A stretch of 64,000 bases of DNA from Schizochytrium sp. TIO01 (GCA_004764695.1 SMSO01000037.1:3510747-3574746); one strand, 5' to 3'. Counted from the first letter of the stretch, positions 1 to 14,100 are shown. Notes: generated from the sequence alone by a model not told the origin. A program made the numbers and translations.

Positions 1-2
1 TG

Positions 3-398
3 GAAGAATTTCTTGAGGCTGCCAAAACCCAGGACTTTATCTTTCAGGCTCCACCTGTGCGAATCTTTTTCAACCTTCGCGCATTGAAGATTGCACCTCT
101 TGCTCCTGAAGAACTTGAGGATTTGCGGCCCGCGATGGAAGCTCTTGATGCTTTTCAGCGCGAACGCAAAAAGTGGTCTCAGGAAATTTATGAGCTTTTT
201 ATCAACATTGTGGATATTGAACCTCGTCTGGAGGCAACCGCTGATGCCGACACTGTCTTCAACAGTATTGAGCACTCAATTGCGCGCTTGACATATGAAC
301 AAAAAAGTGAAGTGTTTCGGACAGGTCAGCGTTATATGTCTATTCTTGACTCTGTGAATGCGCATATTGAGCGTCTCCTTGCTGCGCTCCCTCCGTAA
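3..398 (+). CDS. 3' end of an uncharacterised protein, truncated by the window edge
   Basis: The frame of ORF 57..398 is open from position 3 (EEFLEAAKTQDFIFQAPPVRIFF...). Composition is protein-like and helical, the stop is TAA at 396-398, and an AT-rich 3' region follows. No family recognised. Confidence 0.7.
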   Translation, partial: EEFLEAAKTQDFIFQAPPVRIFFNLRALKIAPLAPEELEDLRPAMEALDAFQRERKKWSQEIYELFINIVDIEPRLEATADADTVFNSIEHSIARLTYEQKSEVFRTGQRYMSILDSVNAHIERLLAALPP

Positions 399-1006
399 AG
401 CAGCTGTGTGCTAACCCTACCTTTCTTTTTTGATCAGGAATGATTAGCCTAATGAACATCGCAGATCGGAGTATTGAAAGAAGAGAGGCTGCGAGTCGCA
501 CGAATTGTTCGTTTTCTTCCTGTTGTATCAAAAACTGTCATGGATCATACAAGACTCTGCTAACTGATCCTTAAGCTATTTGTTGATACTCAATCATTTG
601 ACTCTACTAACTCTCTCATCTCTCTTATGTTGTTTGTTTGTCTGAACCTTAATATTTTCTAAGAATAATTGTTGTTAATTTCTTCGTGATTAAAATTGAT
701 ATCACCACACTAGTTGTGAATTTAATAGTTCCAGAGGGATTCTTTTAAATGAGTTGAGCTGCAAATTGAGAGTGCCATAATAATAACGATTCATGAGAAT
801 TTATTCTCAGATAGAGATTCCAAGCTGACATGATGTCTTGAGTCCTCCGCATGTTTGTGTAAATGAACACTGTGCAGATACTGCGCTGCTTTGATAACAA
901 ACTTGCATACAACTTCGGCTCGGTCGCTTGGTCAGCTAATATTCTGATTTGGAAAAGGTATAGCAAAGACTCCTGCCATATGTTCTTTCTTTCTAGCTCG
1001 TGCAGC

Positions 1007-2209
1007 CTAGTCAAGGTCATCTTCAGCCAACATATCATCCATAGTCTCGGTATGATGCACGCTCTGTTGATTATTGCCGGACTCACTATCATCATCATCA
1101 TCATCATCATCATCATCGTCATCGTCGTCGTCATTGCCACCGAAATCAAGTCCACTCACGCTGATGAAACCTTCTAAAGGGTTCGGGTTCGCTTGACCAG
1201 GAGTAAGGCTTTCAAGGATTTCATTAATGGGTCTCGAGGGGCTTGTTCTCGAAAGAACAACAGTGTTTGGAGACTCACAGTGAGTACATATATGCCCTAG
1301 AAAGTGAAAAGGTACATCAGACTTCTTTCGACAGTCATCACAATGAATATTTGCAGTAACGTTTTGGAATTCAGGGGGCATCGGCTGCTGCGCTACTGCG
1401 TTGCGAATATAATTTGTTACTTCACGAAGACTCTCGTCATCAAGCATACTCACACGGCATGACGGGCACGTAAGGATGTCAGATCTCATTCTCTGTCTGT
1501 GGCATCCAGAGTGCAAAGCATGACCACACTTGAGCAGAACAACACTGGCAGTCGAGTCATAAAGTCTCTCATAGCAAACAACACACTCGCGGGATGAGTC
1601 GACGCACGTATGCTCTTCATAAACACTTGGTGGCAAACATAGCTTACATGCGTCACAATGAATGTAATCTTCACGTTTGCCAACTCGGCAAATTCCACAG
1701 CCTTCGCAATGGAAAATTGCTTTCGGGCCACCATCAATCCAAAGTCGGCAGGTCGTGCAACAATATGATGTACTTTCCCATGAGCATTCAGGGTTTTTAC
1801 ATTTATCCGCGATCTCTTGCGACAGCTTGCACTCTCGGCATACCATGATCTCAGTTGCAAAACGATCAATCTTGTGGTCTGCCACTTCATCATGGCATAA
1901 GCGGCATGGAAAGACTTTGCCGCAGCACTTGCTAACAATTGAGCAATGACGTTTGTAATGTGTACACTCTCCGAGACCTAAAGGGGTGCCCATCTTAAGC
2001 TCTACTCCGTTCACCTCCTCGGAAACTGTGGAAGGCTCACTGCTTGGCTTTCTCAGCGAAGTATAGACTTCCTGGATCCTCTTGGTACGCTCTTCGGGCG
2101 AGAGAGTCATATCCAGGGCGATGGCACGAATTCGTGATTTTACATCATCAGATCTATCCACAGAGCTCACGTCTGCGCTGTCTTGTGCCGCATTTCCGTC
2201 GCCGTTCAT
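1007..2209 (-). CDS. RCHY1: RING finger and CHY zinc finger E3 ubiquitin ligase (Pirh2/RCHY1-like)
   Basis: CHY finger CTHYKRHCSIVSKCCGKVFPCRLCHDE; CTCHY YCCTTCRLW...FHCEGCGICRVG; RING CVVCYE...LKCGHALHSGC...CPSC; C-terminal zinc ribbon IHCDDCRKKSDVPFHFLGHICTHCESPNT; acidic tail. The first ATG is at 2209, whereas the track's 2269 start is non-ATG. Confidence 0.92.
   Translation of the reverse strand: MNGDGNAAQDSADVSSVDRSDDVKSRIRAIALDMTLSPEERTKRIQEVYTSLRKPSSEPSTVSEEVNGVELKMGTPLGLGECTHYKRHCSIVSKCCGKVFPCRLCHDEVADHKIDRFATEIMVCRECKLSQEIADKCKNPECSWESTSYCCTTCRLWIDGGPKAIFHCEGCGICRVGKREDYIHCDACKLCLPPSVYEEHTCVDSSRECVVCYERLYDSTASVVLLKCGHALHSGCHRQRMRSDILTCPSCRVSMLDDESLREVTNYIRNAVAQQPMPPEFQNVTANIHCDDCRKKSDVPFHFLGHICTHCESPNTVVLSRTSPSRPINEILESLTPGQANPNPLEGFISVSGLDFGGNDDDDDDDDDDDDDDDSESGNNQQSVHHTETMDDMLAEDDLD
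1088..1132 (-). repeat. (GAT/GAC)n coding trinucleotide repeat giving a poly-Asp tract in the RCHY1-like tail
   Basis: The + strand reads atc atc...gtc gtc; the translation has a run of 15 D. Confidence 0.9.
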
Positions 2210-5200
2210 GGTCAACTCCAAAGCCACCCAACTCTTAAGCGAAACGAGGGGTGAAGTTTTGATCTGCAAGGCTTAGACCTGGCTTTTGTTCCACTGGAAG
2301 GGGGGTTCAAAGAGCTGGAGAGTACAAAGATGCTTGCGCAGCAAGTCTGCCGCTGCTCCCGCTCGAGTAAAGAGATCACTTGTGCAGCTAGGAGCAGAAT
2401 GAAAAAGAGAAAAGGGCTTCAATTTCATGACTTCTCCTTACGTCCCATTCCGTGCACGATATTATAAATGGGTTGCGCAGATGCTATCTACCGCTTGCTA
2501 TGGATAGTAAGCATGCGTTTTACCAAGAAAGCGAAAATTGCAGGTTGTGGGACGTTTGTAAAGAGAAATCTTTGCGTAGTTTTGGATCAATATCTGATAG
2601 CTGCCTTGTTTCGAGCTATACTTTTCTAAATTAAACAATTTGCTTTAAGATTTGAAGTCTTGACGTACCTGTTGGTGGTTCAGTTTAAAAAGAAGGTGCG
2701 TATGATACCTACCTGCGCGTAATTAAATTTCCATTTGTATATACTTGTTACGATCTCTAGTTGTTCGGGTTGCTGATGAAGCCAACCAACCAACCTGCCA
2801 CGGCAATAAATAAATACATAAACAGGTAGACCAGCAGACAAGCAAGCTCGAACGAGTAAAATAGTTGATTGAGATAAAATCATCTCTGCATCGAATGTCT
2901 CAGAGGACTCTACGACAAGCACCTGGGTGCTACACCTCCAGGATTTGCAACTTGTGCCATGCAAGAGTGCTACAACCTCGGCAACAAAAATGTTCTCATC
3001 TAGTGCGATTCCTATGTACCAATAGGCAGAGCTAGTAAGGTGAGTGTTTTCCTTTTCAACTGCTTTCTTAAATTTTGATAGATAAAATAGAGCTCCTAAG
3101 AAAGAAAGGCAGGGACACAATTTTGAGGAATGAGAGTCGCTTATTAAATTCATCAATGTAGCAGCCTCTGCCTGGAGCGCCTTGAGACATGATGAGACAC
3201 GCAAGGGGGGAAGATGCCATGAACAGGAACTTGGGTCGTCATGCTCCTCTTTCATTTTGTTTTAAATTTAAAGTGTACCTATCTTCTAGCTGCTTTCTTA
3301 TAAATTTAAAATTAAAAAAAAAAAAAAAAAAAAAAAGAGGAAGCGGAACTTAGAAGGGTCACAAGAATTAGGAAAATTCAAGATTTGTGATATGCATTTG
3401 TTCCCCACGATGAACATTTTCTCGACTCGGCCTTAGGCATAGAAATAGGAGCACCCCGGCGCTTTTTTAGAATGCTGAGTTTTCATGTTTGGGATGCCTC
3501 TTGCCCCAAAATTATCGCGGTACGCGCACTGGAAGTAGTTGGCGCAAATGCAGTTAGTTGCAAATTGCCCTGATTCTGTCATCCCTCGTCGGGAGTGACT
3601 GTGCTACTTCAAAAGAGTATTCAGGTCGCAATTCCAAGTTCGATTCAAAAAGTTAATTTTGTAAAAGTGAGAAAAAATGATTAAATTTCCGTTCTTGATC
3701 GAAGAAATTGTTGTCGTACGGCAGTGGTAACTGGCGAAGGCTAAAAAGAATACCTGCGTAGGTTTCCTGAATGCTTAGCCAATACGAAAATTGCTTCAGC
3801 CTGAAAGAATACTACCGTTGTGTGGATCTACACCTTGTATTCTTTAATTAATTACAACAAATAAGTAAATAATTAAATATATAGATATAAATATGAATAT
3901 AAATAAAGTTGAGACTTCGGTGGTAATTTCTAGATGTCTGCGCAATGTATCATCCTTGATACAAAATCTTAGGATCCAAATTTCAATTTCATTTTTTTTT
4001 CTCACCGTTGGTTTTTTGTGTAAACGTTTCTTTACTTTAAATTCTTTGCGGTTCTTTCAAAATGCTCGTAGATGAGCTCTTCTGCCAAGAGAATCCGCCG
4101 ACAGGAACTTCTCCTCGTGTCTTGAAAAAAATTATTTATCAAACTATGAACTGTCCTTAAACATACATTTGTGCCTACATCATGATGCTTACTATAAACT
4201 ATTACTTTCAACTCTGCAAAGGAGATTTTCTTTCCATGACATCGTTCGTTTCTGTCACCAGTAGCCCCAGCGTCCCTCGGATCATGCACAACGTGTCCAT
4301 CCCATCGTCAAATCTTCTTGTACATGATATTATCTAGTGCAATGCCGCAAGTACCGTACCGCCTTTTATTCTGAGGCCTTTCCTCCTAAAGAGCTGCTGC
4401 TTGCCTTATTCAAGTTCGCCTTGCTAACGCCCAATTTTCCCGTACAAGAGGCTACACATTTGGCGTTTCCATCTCAAATGAATATAGGTACTGCATTTTC
4501 GTATTTCCGTTGTGCATCGTGAAGCCTAGGCAGCCAAGCAACTACACACCCGAAGACAAACAAGCTCGCCTCTCGGTTTTGCAGGGGCTCTTCTTCGTCC
4601 TGCCACGCGGTGGCTTATCTGCATCCTCACCTGCATATGCTACTGCCAGGGTTCTTGCAGACACACACACACACACACCCCTTGGATCTCGCCACCCACT
4701 GGGACGATGCGCTCTGTACTGGGACTCGAAAGCGCAGGAGCTCCCGCTGGCCTTTAGGCCAAGTTTAGTTTAGCTATTACTTCCCAGTCCGCTCTGCGTG
4801 TGGCCAGTTGTCTGGTTGTCTGGCTAGCTGGCCGGTTGGCTGGCTACCAAGCGACAACGGATGCTCTTTCCAAAGCCCCTGAGCCGGATGCTGAGGCTTG
4901 CTTGGCTTCGAGCTCAGGGTCTCCGACATCGCACATCTGTTCCATTAAATACTCTATTTAATTTTTCACATTTTTTTAATTAAAAAAAATTAAAATTAAA
5001 TAGTGCACTGCAGCGTTGCTTCTTCTTATAAAATAAACAAGAAGCTTAAAAACCCCCAAAACCTTGGACACATAGCAGTACTAGCAGTAATACATAGCAC
5101 CTTCTACAAGAAGATTAGAGGAGAGGAGAGAAAAGAAAAGAAAATACATTTCTTTCTTCGGAGGCCTCTAAGAAGGGTAAGGCGAGGAACTCGGAGAGCG

Positions 5201-5251
5201 AGTTCAAAGCGCCGCGGTGCGCGTAGTATCCAGGATCCTACCGACGTACGC

Positions 5252-5330
5252 ATCTCTGCACAGGTCTGCTATCTCTGCGCAGGTCTTCTACCTCTGCACA
5301 CGTCTTCTATCTCTGCACACATCTGCACAG
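5252..5330. repeat. Degenerate 19-bp minisatellite (ATCTCTGCACAGGTCTTCT-like), ~4 copies
   Basis: atctctgcacaggtctgct / atctctgcgcaggtcttct / acctctgcacacgtcttct / atctctgcacacatctgca. Confidence 0.7.
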
Positions 5331-5959
5331 CTCTGCGTATCTCCACATCCCGAGTTATCTGCATTCCTCGAGGTCTCTCAGCCTCCTCATGTATTTATTA
5401 TCAAATATATGTATGTATATAGAGAGAGAGAGACAGGCGCCCAGGCACCAGCGCAGGCACGCAGGCACGCAGGCAGGCAGGCAGGAGCGCCAGATACCTC
5501 GCTAGCTCTCCGCGGCTGCACCCTGCCAGGCCTCGGCCCTCTGGCGAGCAGCCCTGCCCTGCCAGCGCCGGCGGCCTCCGCCTCCAACGCAACGCCTGCG
5601 AGCCCCTGCAGTCCCGCTGCAACGCTCTTTGATTTAAGATTTACTTCATCGTTTCTTTGCGCCGCAAGATCAATCAGCCTTCAGCTGCTCCAGCACTTCT
5701 AAAGTATTTGATAACTGCATCTTACCACCCGCCTACCGCTGTGATTCACCATGAATTCTTTGCTCTCGTTGCTGATCTTGAAAAGGCCTGCAAAAGCTTG
5801 GTTGAGTTGGACAAAGCGAAGGATGGACCGTGATTTGGGGTCAATCATTGTGGGTCTTCGAAGCGAGGGCGCGAAAGGAAGGGGAGCACCAAACCCAGCA
5901 CGAAGCAAAACCACTTTTTATTTAATTTTTAATTTTCGTAAGAAAACAAAGACAGATTC

Positions 5960-6133
<174 letters not shown>

Positions 6134-8852
6134 GCAGTCGGTACCGTACTCGGTACCACAGTACCGACCAGTCATTGCGAAATTGCCTCTATCAACCAAA
6201 GCCAAGAACCTCATCTTCTGTCCACAGCGTTTTACAACTACTCCCCTCCTCGCCCAAAGACTAGGTCCATTTGGAAACGAAGAAACTCACCAACCGCTCT
6301 CACTCCAGCGACGCCGCGCTTATATTTATCCTCGCACAGCCCTGCGTTGGCCTTCAACGACTCGAGTCTGCGCAATTTAGAGCTGCGCAATTTAGAGCGA
6401 CCAACCTCTTCAGCGTTTGCTGGTCTGGCAAGATGCCTGGGCGAGGCACTCCTACCGTAACGCCTACCTGGGTACTACCCGGCGGTCCAGCAAATGACGC
6501 AAAGACGATCGTGGTTCCTCTACCACTTATCTACTGAAAGCTAGGGGTGCGTGCACATGTCTACATCTATCTGTATCTGCGAATTAATCAATCAACCTCG
6601 CATTTCAAGATCGCTGCGCATCAATTGGCTCTGCAGAGGTCGGTCAGACTGACTGAGAGAATGGCTCTGAGGCGAAAGGGCGAACGAAGGTCTGCCTTCT
6701 TTTGCGAGAGGCTTTTCGCGGCGAAGGGAGAAGAAAACTGCGGCGATGAGGATGTTTTTTATAATTTGTTTATAGTGTATTTATTTGTTTTCTTCTGCTG
6801 CCGCGTAGAATAATTATCGCCGACAGAGAAAGCCCCAAAAGGCCCAAGAAGAAAAGAGCTCCTGCCTAAGAGTTATGACTAAGCGGTGCTACCAGGTGAT
6901 CAAATCATCTCATTCCTTTTTTCTTTAAATAAATAAATTAAAATATTGTTTAAAGGAAACGTTTTCTTTCATGCTATATTTTAGGATTATGAACGAACAT
7001 GAAAAGCTATTCTTGACAAAGGAAAGTATTGAAAGACCTCAGTTAGAGGTCCTGAGTTTCCGACGTAAGACACACGAAGATCATAAACCCGGCTGGAAAG
7101 GGGTGAGGTCCACAAAATACCGCCGCAGCTGCTGCCGTTTTGACACACCGGTGGAGCAGCCTGTGTCCTCCAGCACGCAAAACAGCTGCGTTCGATTCGC
7201 ACGAATTCGATGAGCAAATAAATAAGTAAACAAGTAAACAAGTAAACAAGTAATTCAATTAATTAGTGGCTTTCCAGAGGGAGCCTGATCCAGCTTTCGC
7301 TATGGAGGCGGGTATAAGCTAGAAGGCGCCTAGGAGTACCTAGCGGCATCGATCAGGTTGCAAAACGATAACGGCAGAGCAAGAGAACTGTGAAGGTTGG
7401 TTCACTCTTTGATTCATCGATTGATCCATTCATCCGTTTCAACAGAGAGAGCTCCGGGCCTCGCTTCGAGCGGCTGCAGAGCGAAATCCCGGGCCTCGAG
7501 ACGCTACTTTCGCAAGTCTAGGCAGCGATTGCATTCGATTCGAGTCTGCAGAAGCTTGCGCTTTGGTACCCGGTCTTTGCAAACCTATGCTCACGTGCTA
7601 GATCTTAGTTACAGCGGCAAAGGGACAACCCCCTTGTTTCCCCGCCTGAGAATTCCTCAAGTTCTTGTGCATTCATTCATTCATTCTCTGATGGTTTGAT
7701 TCGTCTGTGGTCTTCCGCGGAGATTGAGCCGGAATGGCCAACTTGAAGCAGACACTCCTTCACTCTTTCATGCAATTGCGAGGGCTCCAGCTCGTCGCAG
7801 GATAGATGCAACGGTCGGCCTAAGAGGGCATTTCTTCGAAGGTTTCGGGTGCAGTGTTCAAGATTTTGGGCGGTTCTTTCGTTCTTTCGTTCTTTCTCGT
7901 GCTTTGGACACTCTACCGATGCGCTAAGGAACGGATAGTTCCGGGAGGGCTGCTAGGACGCGCGTAGCTACTGCTACTGAGCGGCGGTCAGACTTGAGAA
8001 CGGAGAAATGAAGAAATGAAGAAATGAAGAAACCAATGAATCGATTGCGCATCGAGACGGATTGGTCGGTCAGGTGAAGGCGCGGAGAATACGTGCCGCT
8101 GGCTGCGAGGAGGTGCTTCATAGCCGTCGCTCGTAGCGCCGACCAGGCGTCCGAGGCGATCGGAGGCGCAAGATCCACGCGAGCGACAGCTTGGACCCCG
8201 AAGAACGAGCGATTGGTTGACTGATCGTTTGATGCCAATTGAAAGTTCTTCCTTCGACAAAGAACGACGAAAAGACTACATACGAAAGTAGTACTAGTTG
8301 GTGCGTAGGCGACTGCTAGCCCCTGCCTTCTGGGCAACAACGCCAAAGAAATCAAGAACTCAGGAATTTCAGATATGTGTCATTGCGCGTAACGGAGTGC
8401 TTTGCAGGCGGCGCATTCGAGGCATATGACAGCGGGTGGAAGCGGTTTGACACGCGTCTAAGCAGAGCTGGCGCTTTGCAACGGAGCGAGAGAAGAAGCT
8501 TTGCTGGAGTCCATTCCAAACCGATTTAGGAGTTAGCTTTATTTGTTTCATTTTATTTATTTAGTTATTTATTTATTTATTTGTTTATTTATTTGTTTCT
8601 CTCTCTTTCTAAAACATCCTGCGACTTCTCAATCTTTACCTTCATACCGATTTTCAAAAAGTGGTTTCGAGTTTTTTCGCTACCTTTACAGGTGTACTAC
8701 ATGTGAATGTATAATTTAAAAACTGTTTAAAACGATGTTTTATTTATTTAAATTGAAATTGAGAAAACGTTTTTTTATTTTTTGCGTACGAGCTTCCTTC
8801 CTTCTTCCTCGGACCTCTTTCGCTGGAAACTCCGGAGAGTAAGTAAGTAAGT

Positions 8853-8988
8853 GATGAATAATGAATGAATGAATGAATGAATGAATGAATGAATGAATGA
8901 ATAAATGAATGAATAAATGAATGAATGAAATGAATGAATGAATAAAGAAATGAATGAATGAATGAAATGAATGAGAATGAATGAATGA
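8853..8988. repeat. Imperfect (TGAA)n microsatellite
   Basis: Visible atgaatgaatga... run with interruptions. Confidence 0.9.
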
Positions 8989-10580
8989 AGAGGTAACGCA
9001 AATCAGCGCCAAAGATGGAGAAGAGAGAGAACTCGGAGCCGCCTTTCTTTCGAGGAGGGAGGGAACTCAGGGCATCTCAGAGACGGTCGAACTAGCTTTG
9101 AGAAGGGGCGTCGGGAAATGGGAAAAGCTGAAGAGTGCCGCGGATAATCAATCAGCGAGTGAGCTTGCGGGCGCTCGTAAGTGCAGCGTTGACAGCAGAG
9201 AAGAAAGAAAGAAGCCCACTTAGGGAGGGAACAAATTTTCGATGAATGAAAATTCTACTGAGCAAAGAATTTGAGAAAGAAAGAAAGAAAGAAAGAAAGA
9301 AAGGAAGAAGGAAGGAAGACAGAAAATACAAGCTGTTAGGGGTCATTACGCGTCGGCTAGCGGCAAGTGAAATTCGAATTTGAGGTTTGGAAAGAAGAAA
9401 GAGTCTTTGCAATTCCTTCTTTTCCAAGCTCGATGCTTTTAAATTTGAGCTTTCAATCAAAAACTGGTTGAAAAGAGCTTGGGATCTCATACCGTTCGGA
9501 AAGAAGACCCGTGGTTGGGAGGGAAAGAAGACGGCGAAGAGTTAAAGCTACAGTCACAAACGCTCATGGGTAACACATTCCCACCATTTTACAAAATAAT
9601 TAAGTTTTAACAAGAAAAGGCGAAGAAAAGAGCAAGAATTGGAGAGAATTTGAATAGTAGTAACAGACTAAAAAACAAAAATACGCAAAGAAAGGAAAAG
9701 AAAGGAAAAGAAAGGAAAAGGAAGAAAAGGAAGAAAAGGAAGGAGCAAAGCGGCTTTGCCTCGGCAGCGGAGACGGGCCTCGAGACCCACGACCGGCGCG
9801 AAGAAGCTGACCAGCCAGCAGCCGTGGGCCTCTTGTCGCGGACCTTGACCTCGACCAACCTCGAGACGCCGCGTCGAAGGACCCTCGGCAACAGCTCTCC
9901 AAGGCCCAGAGGGACCCAAAGCACGCAGACACGCAGGCTCGAAGCGGCGGCGTAGCCCACGATCGTTCCTTCGTCTCTTCTCTTTGTCTTTGTCTTTCTT
10001 TTTTCTCTTTCTTTTTTCTTTTTCTTTTTTCTTTTTCTGTTTGTCTTTCTTTAGTAGGAAGATCTCTACTGCTAGCACTACAAGTTTTCGTTCGTTCTAT
10101 CTTACCTTTTGTTCTCGCTCGAATAACAAGGAGGGCTTAGGAAGGGATAGGGGACTGCTAGTGAGGGAAGAAGGCCCTGTTTTGCTTCGTTTGCTTTGCA
10201 TTCATTCACTCAATTCCATTCGAAGATCATCGTCGTAGATCGTTGTGGATGAAGAGCAGGTGATTCGCGAGCTAGCTGGCTAGGAGGCAGCAGCAGAGCA
10301 GAACACGAGGGAGGTCGAAGGAGTGAGGGAGACGGAGGGCTCGGACGCGGCAAACCCGGATTTCCTCACGGCGGTGCGAAGGCATTGGAATAGCTTCACT
10401 CGTTTGCTTTCCAATTCAAATATCTCCTGGCTTAATATAGGATTTATATATATATATATATATATAGTTGTATACATTATTCATGTATACCTGTTGTTGT
10501 TAGATCATCATCATCATCGTAGGTACTTCGGTTCGTTCAATCCTCCGCCGAGTGCAAGAACGTGAGTGTTCAACCTCCGT

Positions 10581-10895
10581 TTGCTTGCTTGCTTGCTTGC
10601 TTGCTCGCTTGCTCGCTTGCTCGTTGTGGTTTGGTCGATTTGTGGAATTCATTCTTCTGGGCGCCCACCTGTGCAACTCACTCGTCTACCGCTTCGGAGA
10701 CTGTTTTTGGGCAAAGCAACTTGCTTGCTTACTCCTTTCTAAAGAGGCACAAACTGCGCTCGTGCACGGAGAGCGGAAACAAAATCGTCGGGAGAGAAAG
10801 CAGACACAAATCAATCAGTCAATCAAATCAATCACCCAATCAATCAATCAATCAATCAATCGATCAATCAAATCAATCAATCACCCAATCAACCA
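10581..10895. repeat. (GCTT)n and (CAAT)n simple repeats upstream of the UBR gene
   Basis: ttgcttgctt... at 10581-10622 and atcaatcaatc... at ~10809-10895. Confidence 0.8.
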
Positions 10896-11151
10896 AATCG
10901 TCGGGGAGCACGCACGGTTAGATAATAGAACATTGTACCTAGAAGTGGCGAGGCAGAGGGCTGGGCACCTAGTAGGAGTAGCGGCCCATCTTCTATTGAT
11001 TGATTTTGTTCACTACCTAGGTACAGACATCATCTATCTATCTACCTATTGTGGACTGATAGTGGCTGATTTATTTTCTTCTATCGCACTGGCACAATAA
11101 TTAGTATTAATAGAATAATAAGGAGAGAAGAGCAGACTGCCAAAGTCGAGT

Positions 11152-14100
11152 ATGGCGCGCGGAGAAACGCTGGAGGTGGGCGTGCAGCAGGCCGTGGAGA
11201 ACTCTGCAGCGGTGCCTTCACCCAACGCGACAAGTAGCAGCCTGAATAGTGGTGATAACGTAAATATCAACAGCGTTGGGATTGTCGGCAGCTTAAGCCC
11301 CATGGCAGCAGAGCAGGAGCGGATCTGCAGGCGAAGCCGTGTGCGGCATGCGTTGCTGGACGAGGAGCCTCCACTAGCTGTGCCTGAATTGCAATGGTGG
11401 CAAGAACCTGGACGAGGTCTTGAAGCTCTTTGCGACTCGATGATGGAAAGCCTCGAGGAAATCATCTACGATGACATCGACTTGGAGAATGAAAATGAAC
11501 TTTCGAGGACAATGCAACGCGCGTGCATGTGGTTTCAACACGTGGTATGCGCAGAAGCCATCGTCAAGAACCTCCCAGTCAACACCGGTTGGACCGAAAG
11601 TAGCTCGTTCTGTAATTCTCACATCCGGGCGGTCACGGCACGAGAACCACAGAGAGTTTGCTCAAGAGCATTTAGAGCAGGAGACATCGTCTGGAACTGC
11701 AAACAGTGTCAAATGGATTCCACATGCGTACTTTGCCAGGACTGTTTCCGAGACTCTGATCACGACGGCCATGACGTTTACTTCTACCACGTCATGACTG
11801 ATGCTGGAGGTTGCTGCGACTGTGGAGACCCTGGCGCATGGGACCCGCAAGGATTTTGCTCAAAACATGGCGAGTTCAATGTGCCAGAGCCAAAAGACTG
11901 GCTTCCGGCCAGCCTTGAAAGCGCAGTGCGGATCTTGCTGAAACGCGTTGTGAACCTTATGGCTCATTTCGCTTCCAATGGCCGAGCAGACCTGATCCTT
12001 GAACCTAAACTCGATGCACTCAAAGCTGGCGCCGTTTTCACAGCGTCACCCTACCGTGAGGAGCTTGCGCGAATTTCTGAATGTCTCACCTTTGCTGTTG
12101 CACCGCATGCACCATTAAGACCACGGGAACCACGTGAGGAAATGTCTGTGCCCGTCCTCATTAACAACTGGTTTCGTAATGTCGAAAAGGAGGTTGCCAA
12201 AGCAGCCACGTCTGGAGAATCGCCCACTATCGAACCTTTTGTCTTTGCAGCAGTTATGCGTGATAATGTGGGGTTTTGCCGTGACTTTGCTGAGCAAATG
12301 AACGATATGGCCTTCTTCAAAATGTCTGTACGTAACTCAGTGTCTCTTGCTTGCTCGGTAGCGATCGAGGTGATGTCCTCATGGATCCGAAACCTTTGTA
12401 GTGAGTCAGACTCATTTTCAAGGCTGACAGCACGCGCACTTACCGAGGCCACACCTGTTTCTACTGAAGAAGAAGCGGATGTAGCCAATACTGAGCTACA
12501 ATGCTCTCTTCGCCCGTTGAAAGACCTTATTGTATATGACCTTTCTCTTCCTGGCACCACGAGCAAGTCTCTTCGTGCTGTGTACATTCGCCTTCTGGTT
12601 GACAGTTTGTTCAAAAAGAGATTTGCCGTGGCTTTTGCTAAAATGTATCGTAGTTGCTGTGCCACGCGTGTCAATGAACTTCCTGTTCTCGAGCTCACGG
12701 ACACCGACATTATATTCGGTCTCTCTGTGCAGTTTCTAAACCGTCCTAAACATGTATTGGAGCTCGTTAGAGATTATGGGTTTCTTGAATCCATAATGTA
12801 TAGTTTAGAGAGCACTGTCAAGCATTGTCAACAGGAATCCCCTTCAGGTGGTAACCCCGAGCTTGACCTGCTCAGCCCTGTCCTCACACATCGGAAAACA
12901 AAATGCGTTGTTACTGATCTCACATACGTCCTCAATGCGCCCTCAATGTCATTACGGCTCCTCGCTGCGCAACCTCGCGCCCTCAGCACTTTGTTTGATC
13001 TTTTTGACCTATTGTACAGTCTGCATCCGCAAACTCGCGTGTGTGCACCTGACTTGCCCATTCGTGATGAGCGCTGGATTCCAGCTTTTAACCTTAGTCT
13101 CTCTGTGCACTCTCTGTTCGTTGACCTGACCCGCTACTTTACCTTTGGGCTTAAGAATACTAGTAGCAGCGTAACAAAGAATAGTGCAAATGATGCCTCA
13201 TCCATGAGTTTGCGCGACGTTCTAGAATCCCTGAACTTTCGAGGCAATATCCCTGAGTCCTCCACTCACGAAGTGGTCTCGTGTCAGATTGTGCAGGACT
13301 GTGCCGAACTCACAGCTCGAATTCTTGAAAGACATGCCCCAGCTGCACAGGTGATTGGGTTTACGGAAAATCTTCTCGGACGTCTACCGTATATTCCTTG
13401 CAATGTTTCCAAAGATCCAGTCACATTTCACTGTGCATTGCAACGTTTTTTCTCTCTGGTTTTTCATCAAGCGATTGCATCTACTTTGCAAGAAGATGGT
13501 TATAGTGCTCTTTTGGATCGTGCATCAGCAGGGTTCTGGCTTGGTCTCTTACGGCAACCCCTTACTGCAGTTATTCTATCTGCACAATCTGCTGCATCTA
13601 TGTGGCTCCGGAACGAGGATATGGCATCACAGTCAATGAATTATCAGGCTTTACCATTTGTTTCTGGCTTTTTTATGGACCTGCGTGTTTTGCAAGCTGC
13701 TGCTTTGGAGCTGCCAGGTACTACTTTTGTAAATTATCTCATCAATGGTTACAATATGGCTCGCTTTTTTAGCATAGATCGTGCGGAAGATCCGCCTGCA
13801 CCAGAGGAATACCAAGGTCAACTTGCTGAGCACTTGCTGGAGACGATTTGCCGTGTGGTTACTGAACTTCCATGCCCTACCCCTGCAGCACTTGAGCGTA
13901 TGGGTTACTCAAACGAAGATATCCTCTCTGCGTCCGATCTGCAGCTGCGTCGAGAAATTGTTCATCTCCTGGCAATCCGAAGCAGTAGTTTCAGTACAAT
14001 TAATGACACCTGTACACACTTGCGTCAAGTTGGCATGCAGACTGGTGCTCATCATCTGAAACGAGTACTCCATCAAGTAGCGCAGACAAGTGGGTATGGT

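Noticed and set aside
863-1177. Poly-Ile and poly-Met ORFs
   Set aside because: Alternate readings of the poly-Asp trinucleotide repeat in RCHY1.
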